From the NCBI GenBank assembly GCA_964371095.1, contig CAYJMJ010000009.1:3156-67155 (forward strand): DNA of 64,000 nt. The letters are read 5' to 3'. Shown in pieces: positions 58,136-64,000 of the stretch. Within the stretch, counting starts at the first letter, position 1; each line of letters opens with the position of its first letter. The position numbers were made by a program, and so were the translations under genes. Source of the DNA: an uncultured Dehalococcoidia bacterium. GTDB lineage: Bacteria; Chloroflexota; Dehalococcoidia; DSTF01; JACRBR01. The notes under the pieces are model-generated. The model was not told the origin of the DNA. It did not search any database and saw nothing but the letters and a program-made list of their open reading frames with translations.

Positions 58136-58266
58136 CTAGTGCTGCGTCTGCGCCGTGTAGTCCGAGGGGCCGTACGCCGGCATCGACGGCTCGTCCTTGC
58201 CGCCGAGCAGCTTCTTGACGCCGATGATGGCTGCGGCAACGCCGAGCAGCACTACGAGTTTCTTCA
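58136..58266 (-). CDS. Small hydrophobic protein, 43 aa: MKKLVVLLGVAAAIIGVKKLLGGKDEPSMPAYGPSDYTAQTQH. Not in ORF track (below its 60-aa cutoff)
   Basis: ATG at 58266 is preceded at 5-nt spacing by GAGGAGG (CTGAGGAGGACGCATG). One predicted TM helix; stop TAG at 58136. Downstream and co-directional with a membrane-protein gene. Confidence 0.45.
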
Positions 58267-58460
58267 TGCGTCCTCCTCAGAGCGGCTGGTTCTTCCTCAG
58301 GTACACCACGGTACGCCCCGCGCCGCGCGCACCGCGACCGGGCCATCCCCCTATTACCAGCCCGTGCGCACCCGATCTCCTGCTCAGGAACACCTGCCGG
58401 CGACGGCGATCGACCGCCCGCACTCGCGCCTCTGCGTTCGCTTTCGGAGGGAACAACAGG

Positions 58461-58817
58461 TCAGCCGTCATTGCTCGGAGCGGAGAGAGATGACCTCCCG
58501 CGGCTGTCCATGCAAGCCGCGGTCGATGACACGAAGAGGCCGAATCCCGGAGCGGCAAGGTATACGAGGCGCTTCGCGTCGCGATCGACCGCGAATCCGA
58601 CTGCGCCGGCGATCGTCATGATGAGCCCGACCACCGCCATTCCGCAACTGATCTGAAGGAGGCGGGAGATACCGCCAACCATGACATATCCGAAGAGATA
58701 CGGGATGAGCATCAGTGCCGCGGCCACCGCAACCAGGGGATCACCGTAAGCCCCGACGATAAACAGGCATGCCGTGATCGCTGCCGGCAATCCAACCGCC
58801 GCGATGTCGATCGGCAT
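58461..58817 (-). CDS. Hypothetical polytopic small membrane protein (118 aa)
   Basis: MPIDIAAVGLPAAITACLFIVGAYG...LMLIPYLFGYVMVGGISRL...GMAVVGLIMTIAGAVGF: three or four TM helices. Internal ATG chosen over the tracked start. Confidence 0.5.
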   Translation of the reverse strand: MPIDIAAVGLPAAITACLFIVGAYGDPLVAVAAALMLIPYLFGYVMVGGISRLLQISCGMAVVGLIMTIAGAVGFAVDRDAKRLVYLAAPGFGLFVSSTAACMDSRGRSSLSAPSNDG

Positions 58818-58994
58818 CCACAAAGCATGGCCGGATCGTGCTCGGTTCACAGCGCACCCACCTGTTCCGCCGGCTTGCCCGGAGGCGTTCCTCGTGCCGG
58901 CCCAATCGGCGAACCGTCGAGATGCTTCCACGTTGCAGCCTGAACCCGGCTGGCGACCGACGTCGGCTTCTAGACGCTCATGTTAACCCGGTTG

Positions 58995-59160
58995 ACGCAC
59001 AGGTTCGAGGCCTCGCTCTATCCGCTTCTCGCCTCCCGCTTCCAGCTTCCAGCTTCCCGCTTCTCGGCCCTAGCTTCCCGCCTCTCACCTCTCACCTCTC
59101 ACCTCCCATTGCCCACCCGCCTCGACCCTCCCGCTTCTCTCCTCCAACCAAGTACCATCG
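58995..59160 (+). repeat. Polypyrimidine low-complexity tract (GCTTCC / AGCTTCC / triple CTCTCACCT units) forming the 5' region of the FAD-oxidoreductase gene
   Basis: cgcttctcgcctcccgcttccagcttccagcttcccgcttctcgg...cctctcacctctcacctctcacctccc read directly; no stop codons in one frame, hence the artefactual long tracked ORF. Confidence 0.6.
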
Positions 59161-59164
59161 ATGC

Positions 59165-60472
59165 ATGCCTGACTACGTGACCTTGCCCGAGCAGCGCGTG
59201 CCGGTGGTCGCCGCGTGCGACGTGCTCGTCGTCGGCGGCGGAGCGGCCGGCATGTCGGCGGCGATCGCGGCGGCGCGGCAGGGCGCCGACGTCGTGCTCG
59301 TCGAGCGCTACGGCTACCTCGGCGGGCTGGCGTCGGGTGGACTGATCGTCCTGCTGCTCACGCTCGATGACGGCGACGGCCGACAGGTGATCGCCGGCCA
59401 GTGCCAGGAGCTTGTCGACCGCCTCCACGCGCGCGGCGCCTGCTTCTATCCGTCGAAAGACGAGTGGGGCCGCTACGACGAGGCGCTTGTCGAGAAGTGC
59501 CGCCGCTGGGGCCTCGTGTGGGGCTCCGGACCGCATCGCGTCCGCTACTCCGTGGCGTACGACCCGGAGGAGTTCAAGTTCGTCGCCAACTCGTGGATCG
59601 CCGAGGCCAAGGTACGCCTCATGTACCACCGATGGGCGAGTGACGTCATCGTCGAGGGCGGCGCCGTCACGCACGTCGTCTTCACGTCGAAGGCCGGCCG
59701 CCAGGCCGTGCGCGCCTCGTACGTCATCGACGCCACCGGCGACGGCGACGTGTTCACGATGGCCGGCGAGGCCTCGTCGACAGAGCGGATCCACCCGTGG
59801 CTCTGGTTCCGCATGGCCGGCGTGCGCGATGTCGACGCGGCGCTCGATGCGCGCGGCGGGTACTTCTTCAAGACTACGAACCCCGGTCAGGTGCTGATGC
59901 CGTGGGGCGCTGCTGAGCGTATCGAGCGCCGCATCGACGCCACGGACCCGGACGACCTGACGTTCGCCGAGGTCGAGTGCCGCCGCATGGTGATGGACGA
60001 GGTCGCCCGGCTGCGCGCCCAGGTGCCCGGCTTCGCGGAGTCCTACCTGACCGACGTCGCACTGACGCTCGGCGTCACCGAGTCGCGCCGGCTCACCGGC
60101 GCCTATACGCTCGCTCGCGATGACGTCAACCACGTGTTCGACGACACGATCGCCACGACCGGACACTGGACGAAGTACGGCGCGCTCTACCACATCCCGT
60201 ACCGCAGCCTGCTGCCCCGACACGCCACGAACCTGCTCGCCGTCGGCCGATGCATCAGCGTCGACCATCGCGTCCACCACGCGACGAAGGAGATCCCGCC
60301 GTCCTTCGCCACCGGCGAGGCCGCCGGCATCGCGGTAGCGCTCGCGCACCGCGCCCGTGCTACGGTGCAAGAGGTCGATGTTCCGTCGCTGCAACGCGCG
60401 ATTGTGCACGCCGGGGGGTATCTGCCGGATACCGGTGCGACAGACGACAGACCACAGACGACAGAGCGTTAA
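59165..60472 (+). CDS. FAD-dependent oxidoreductase (FAD_oxidored family)
   Basis: MPDYVTLPEQRVPVVAACDVLVVGGGAAGMSAAIAAARQGADVVLVE, the dinucleotide-binding motif; 435 aa. Confidence 0.8.
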   Translation: MPDYVTLPEQRVPVVAACDVLVVGGGAAGMSAAIAAARQGADVVLVERYGYLGGLASGGLIVLLLTLDDGDGRQVIAGQCQELVDRLHARGACFYPSKDEWGRYDEALVEKCRRWGLVWGSGPHRVRYSVAYDPEEFKFVANSWIAEAKVRLMYHRWASDVIVEGGAVTHVVFTSKAGRQAVRASYVIDATGDGDVFTMAGEASSTERIHPWLWFRMAGVRDVDAALDARGGYFFKTTNPGQVLMPWGAAERIERRIDATDPDDLTFAEVECRRMVMDEVARLRAQVPGFAESYLTDVALTLGVTESRRLTGAYTLARDDVNHVFDDTIATTGHWTKYGALYHIPYRSLLPRHATNLLAVGRCISVDHRVHHATKEIPPSFATGEAAGIAVALAHRARATVQEVDVPSLQRAIVHAGGYLPDTGATDDRPQTTER

Positions 60473-60520
60473 CGACAACAGCGCTTTAGTTGCGCGACAG
60501 CTTCGGACAGGAGGACCCCG

Positions 60521-61327
60521 ATGCCCGACGCACAACCGTCCGCTCCGTTCCTGCGCGACACGTGGGACCGCATGGCCGCGACGTACCACGACGAGGAAGA
60601 CCCGCGGTTCGCTCCCGCCGTCGACCACGTGATCGCGCGGGCCGAGCTGCGCGCCGGCCACGCTGTGCTCGACCTCGGCACCGGCACAGGCTCCGTCGCG
60701 CTGAAGGCCGCGATGTTGGTCGCGCCGGCCGGCAGCGTCCTCGCCGTCGACCTCAGCCCGGAAATGCTGCGCGTGGCGAGCGCGCGCGCCGCCGACGCCG
60801 GCGTGACGAACATCGCGTTCCGCGAGGGCAACGCGCAGGCCATCCCGTCGCTCGACGCCTCGATCGACGTGCTGACGTCGTCGCTGTGCCTGATGTTCGT
60901 GCCGGACCGCGCGGCCGCAGCGCGAGAGTGCGCGCGCGTGCTTCGGAGCGGCGGCCGCTTCTCGGCGGGGGTGTTCGGTCCGCCGGAGCGCAACGACCTC
61001 GTCCACATGCAGCAGATCCTCGGCCGGTTCGCGCCGCGGAAGCCGCCGCCCGGCGTGGGACCGGCAGCGCTCGCCGACCCGACGGAGTTCCTCGGCCAGC
61101 TGCGCGACGCCGGCATCGAGGCGAGCGCCGACCGCACGTCGTTCGAGTTCACCTTCGCCAGCCTCGACGCGGCGTACGCCGCCACGATGCGCATCACGGC
61201 CGGCAGCATCGCCCCGGAACGCGAAGCCGAGATCAAGGCGGCGCTCGCTGCGGAGATGTGGCCCGACCCCGCGTCGCCGCGCGTCATGCGCCAGGAACTG
61301 GTGCTGATCAGCGGCCGGCGGGGGTAG
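60521..61327 (+). CDS. Class I SAM-dependent methyltransferase
   Basis: ...HAVLDLGTGTGSVAL...VLRSGGRFSAGVF... Confidence 0.8.
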   Translation: MPDAQPSAPFLRDTWDRMAATYHDEEDPRFAPAVDHVIARAELRAGHAVLDLGTGTGSVALKAAMLVAPAGSVLAVDLSPEMLRVASARAADAGVTNIAFREGNAQAIPSLDASIDVLTSSLCLMFVPDRAAAARECARVLRSGGRFSAGVFGPPERNDLVHMQQILGRFAPRKPPPGVGPAALADPTEFLGQLRDAGIEASADRTSFEFTFASLDAAYAATMRITAGSIAPEREAEIKAALAAEMWPDPASPRVMRQELVLISGRRG

Positions 61328-61342
61328 AGATCGCGGCCGCGG

Positions 61343-62670
61343 CTAGTCGCCGGACAAGCGCTGCTGTATGGACTCGAGTCTGCTGTCCGCGCGCTTCGCG
61401 AGCCGCGTGAAGTCCACCGGTATCGTCTCGGCGCGATCGAACGGATCGCGCTCGGGCTGAAATGCTACGGTTGCGATGGTCCGCCCGCGCCGAATGAGAA
61501 TCACGTAGTAGTTGGCGTCGGTAGGAAGCCCTCGCGTCGTAAAGCGCCACCCCACCGCATCATCGCCCAGGGCAGGCACATCGATCGGATCCCAGTGCCG
61601 GCCAAACGATCTGCCGTCGAGCGACGCGAGGCATTCAGCCGGCAGGGCTCGGCGTACTCCCTCGATGAGCGTGCTCGCGTCACGCCCCTCATAGACCTCC
61701 ACCTTGTTCGCGACGTACTCCTCACGCGATCCACGGAACCCGGTGGTCGTCTCCGCCAACGGCTCCGGTGGCCTGTCGTCCGAGTTCTTGCATTCGGCCT
61801 CTTCGTTTATCCGCCCGCACGGGCCCGGGGGATCGTGCACCCAGCCGACCGGCATGTCATCGAGCGTCAGCATCCCGCCTGGTAGCTTCTCAGCCACGGC
61901 CGCTTGCGGAATAGGCGAGGGAACGCACCCCTCGCCGGTCGCGTACGTCGGCTCCGGCATCGGTCCAACGAGCTCGAGCTTTGCCGCGGCCAGTTCGCCG
62001 ACTTGCGAGAGGACCGTCGCCTGGTTCTCGTTGGTCAGCACGCTCACGATCGCGACAAGATCGCCTCGGCGAACGTAGACCGCTCCGATGCCTGTAAGTC
62101 CGAACGAGTTGCGAACCGCGACTGATTCATCACCAAGTTGCAGAACATCGACGAGTTCGCGTCTGCGTTGGTCATCTGAACCGCTCGCGACCAACATCGA
62201 GCAATTGCGCTTCAACGCACGCATCAGATCAGAACCGCCGCCAGTCCCGAATGCATACACCCACTGATTGAACCCGTCGAACGCCTGGCCCGTTACGTTC
62301 TTGACCGACTCCGTGAACCCCGCCAAGGGCGCCGGTATGGGCGTTTGGCAGTCAACTACGCTGGACCAAGAGACCCGGTCGGCGCGGGACCCGTCCGCCC
62401 GCCCGGCACCACTGACATCTGCTTTCGTCAGGAGGGCTCGCCGCAGCCGGCAGTGCGCCTCGTCATCACGAATCCCGATGACGCTCCGCCATTTCGAGGG
62501 ATCTGGCGTGGGCGTGCCGACGCGCGCAGCCTCGGCAGTCGCGGCGCTGAGGCAAGCCGTTTCGCCCACTGCCGTGCGCGAGGAGTCGCCGCCGCGGTGC
62601 ACGATCGGCGCAAGTGCGACGACAAGAACGCAGGCCGACAGGATCGCTGCCCTTCGCATGAGCACGAGCA
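61343..62670 (-). CDS. Secreted hypothetical protein (about 440 aa, signal peptide, no recognised domain)
   Basis: MLVLMRRAAILSACVLVVALAPIVHRGG signal peptide. The tracked 709-aa ORF's N-terminal 260 aa is antisense to the dehydrogenase gene and was trimmed. No SD sequence seen. Confidence 0.5.
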
Positions 62671-62709
62671 TGACGCCCGAAGGATAGCGCAATTGCGCGC
62701 CCCCGCCGC

Positions 62710-63786
62710 TCAGTACCCGCGCGCCGGGTCCACGACGTTCTCCAGCGGCTCGCGGCGCAGGTACCGGCCGAGGTTGCGCGCGAAGATCTCGACCACGCGC
62801 TGGTTGTAGATCTCCGTCCCGCCGCTGATGTGCGGCGACACGATCACGTTCTCCATGTCCCAGAACAGGCTCTCCGGCGGCAGCGGCTCCTGCTCGAACA
62901 CGTCGAGCGCCGCGCCGGCGATGCGGCCCGCGAGCAGCGCATCGATCAGCGCCGCCTCCGCCACCACCGGCCCGCGCGCGATGTTCACCAGCACCGCCGT
63001 CGGCTTCATCGCCCGCAGCTCGGCCTCGCCGATCATGCCGCGCGTGTCCGGCGTCAGCGGCATGCTCAGCACGACGAAGTCGCTCGCCGCGAGCAGGCGA
63101 TGCAGCTCGCCCGGCGGCATGATCTCGTCGGCGTTCGGCGCGCTCGATCGCTCCGTCGCCGACCGCTTCGTGGCGATCACGCGGCAGCCGAACGCCTTCG
63201 CCAGCCGCCCCACCTCCTCGCCGATGTGACCGAAGCCGACGACGCCGACCGTCTTGCCGAACAGCTCGCGCGGCGGGAATCGCGTCCACTCGTGCCGCGC
63301 CTGCGCCCGCATGTACGTCGGCGCGCCCTTCGAGAACATCAGCATCGACGTCAGCACGAACTCGCCGATCGGCGTCGCGTGCAGCCCGCTCGCCGTCGTA
63401 ACCGTCACGCCTGCCTCGATGAAGCCGCTGTTGAGGAGCCGGTCGGCGCCCGCGCTCGTCAGCTGGATCCACTTGAGGCGCGGCGCGACTTCTCCGAGCG
63501 TCAGCTTTCCGGGGTCCGCGCCGTCCGGCGCCGCGTGCGAGAGCGCTGCGCTCAGCTCCGCGCCCCAGAAGCCGAACACGACGTCCGCCCGCGCGAACGC
63601 GCCGTGCAGCCCCTCGGCGACGGCCTCCCGCTCGCGCTCGCTCGGGTACTTCGCCCCCCGCAGCAGCCGACGCTGGTCCTGCCCCAGCAGCTCGATCTCG
63701 ATCCGCTCCGCATCGACCGCCCGGATCCGCTCAATCAGCTCCGGCTCCAACGCATACGTGATGAGCACCCGCAGCTTCTCACTCAC
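62710..63786 (-). CDS. D-isomer-specific 2-hydroxyacid dehydrogenase (PGDH-like)
   Basis: ...GKTVGVVGFGHIGEEVGRLAKAFGCRVIA...LVNIARGPVV...SPHISGGT..., NAD-binding and catalytic His/Glu/Arg motifs. GTG start. Confidence 0.85.
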   Translation of the reverse strand: MSEKLRVLITYALEPELIERIRAVDAERIEIELLGQDQRRLLRGAKYPSEREREAVAEGLHGAFARADVVFGFWGAELSAALSHAAPDGADPGKLTLGEVAPRLKWIQLTSAGADRLLNSGFIEAGVTVTTASGLHATPIGEFVLTSMLMFSKGAPTYMRAQARHEWTRFPPRELFGKTVGVVGFGHIGEEVGRLAKAFGCRVIATKRSATERSSAPNADEIMPPGELHRLLAASDFVVLSMPLTPDTRGMIGEAELRAMKPTAVLVNIARGPVVAEAALIDALLAGRIAGAALDVFEQEPLPPESLFWDMENVIVSPHISGGTEIYNQRVVEIFARNLGRYLRREPLENVVDPARGY

Positions 63787-63832
63787 GATGTCCGTCCTCT
63801 GCTCTCTGCTTTCTTTTCTCTGCTTTCTGTTC

Positions 63833-64000
63833 TCACTCCGCCCACACGTCGGTCGCCAGCAGGTCGGCGTACGTCTCGCGGCGGCGGATCAGGCGCGCAT
63901 CGCCATCCTTCACCGCCACGACGGCGGGCTTGAGCGCCATGTTGTAGTTGCTCGCCATCGTCAGGCAGTACGCGCCCGACGCCGGCAGCGCGATGACGTC
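63833..64000 (-). CDS. lysA: Diaminopimelate decarboxylase-like PLP enzyme, C-terminal fragment (N-terminus beyond window end)
   Basis: Minus-strand translation ...DVIALPASGAYCLTMASNYNMALKPAVVAVKDGDARLIRRRETYADLLATDVWAE*, the conserved C-terminal beta-sandwich motif of fold-III decarboxylases. Stop at 63833. Confidence 0.65.
   Translation of the reverse strand, partial: DVIALPASGAYCLTMASNYNMALKPAVVAVKDGDARLIRRRETYADLLATDVWAE

Noticed and set aside
58995-59160. CRISPR array or coding N-terminal extension of the FAD oxidoreductase (tracked ORF from 58838)
   Set aside because: Units are short (6-9 nt), irregular and pyrimidine-only with no spacer structure. A protein N-terminus of Pro/Leu/Ser repeats before an obvious Rossmann start (MPDYV...) is implausible.
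61343-63472. 709-aa minus-strand ORF
   Set aside because: N-terminal about 260 aa is antisense/out-of-frame over the 2-hydroxyacid dehydrogenase. Trimmed to the signal-peptide start at 62670.

Overview
This 64 kb window is a very high-GC (about 70 %), gene-dense bacterial chromosomal segment. I found no rRNA, CRISPR array, transposase or integrase. Gene content (F420 genes cofE and fno, the PII-like c-di-AMP receptor DarA, RicT/YaaT, long-form HPF, leaderless-looking promoters) suggests a Chloroflexota/Thermomicrobia-like or actinobacterial organism; that is inference only.

The first 13 kb form a sulfur-assimilation and cysteine supercluster on the minus strand. It contains a CysM-type synthase (partial), a CysO/MoaD-like Gly-Gly sulfur carrier, a MoaD-domain fused to a MoeB/ThiF E1, CysK, and an Rrf2/CymR regulator translationally coupled to cysK. 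Then come a DnaQ-like exonuclease, a large cytoplasmic multi-PAS/GAF histidine kinase, and sat-cysC-cysH-sir. The operon has a near-consensus promoter and candidate operator palindromes upstream of sir.

The rest of the window is mostly housekeeping and metabolic genes:
- endonuclease III, a 3D-domain cell-wall protein, thiolase and crotonase;
- several SDRs, USPs, a cupin, a CDGSH Fe-S protein, D-aminoacylase and methyltransferases;
- a polar amino-acid ABC transporter and a peptide ABC transporter lacking its ATPases;
- a Nif3 plus DarA pair, glyQS, a membrane-anchored Mrr-cat nuclease, and a family III CoA-transferase;
- HPF, cofE-fno, two tandem tRNA-Ser genes, DinB, mnmA, rsfS, tsaE-thiL, holB-ricT, uppP, crotonyl-CoA carboxylase/reductase, a DAG-kinase-like lipid kinase, and a lysA 3' end.

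The non-coding observations I rate highest are:
1. A 25-nt GNRA-type hairpin element with a conserved 'GCCACGG' flank, present in three copies in both orientations.
2. A second hairpin repeat family (2.5 copies) flanking cysO.
3. An 18-nt direct repeat of the tRNA-Ser 3' end about 0.9 kb downstream of tRNA-Ser(GGA), delimiting a small integration-scar island with one membrane-protein cargo gene.
4. Pervasive CT-rich or TGTTG-type low-complexity tracts adjacent to GC palindromes in intergenic regions.
5. A structured 438-nt region with perfect palindromes upstream of ccr.
6. A 43-aa small ORF with a consensus RBS that the six-frame ORF track does not list (it is below the track's 60-aa size cutoff).

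The ORF track treats GTG/TTG as Met and extends to the most upstream start, so several tracked ORFs are antisense or fused artefacts; these are listed as rejected.
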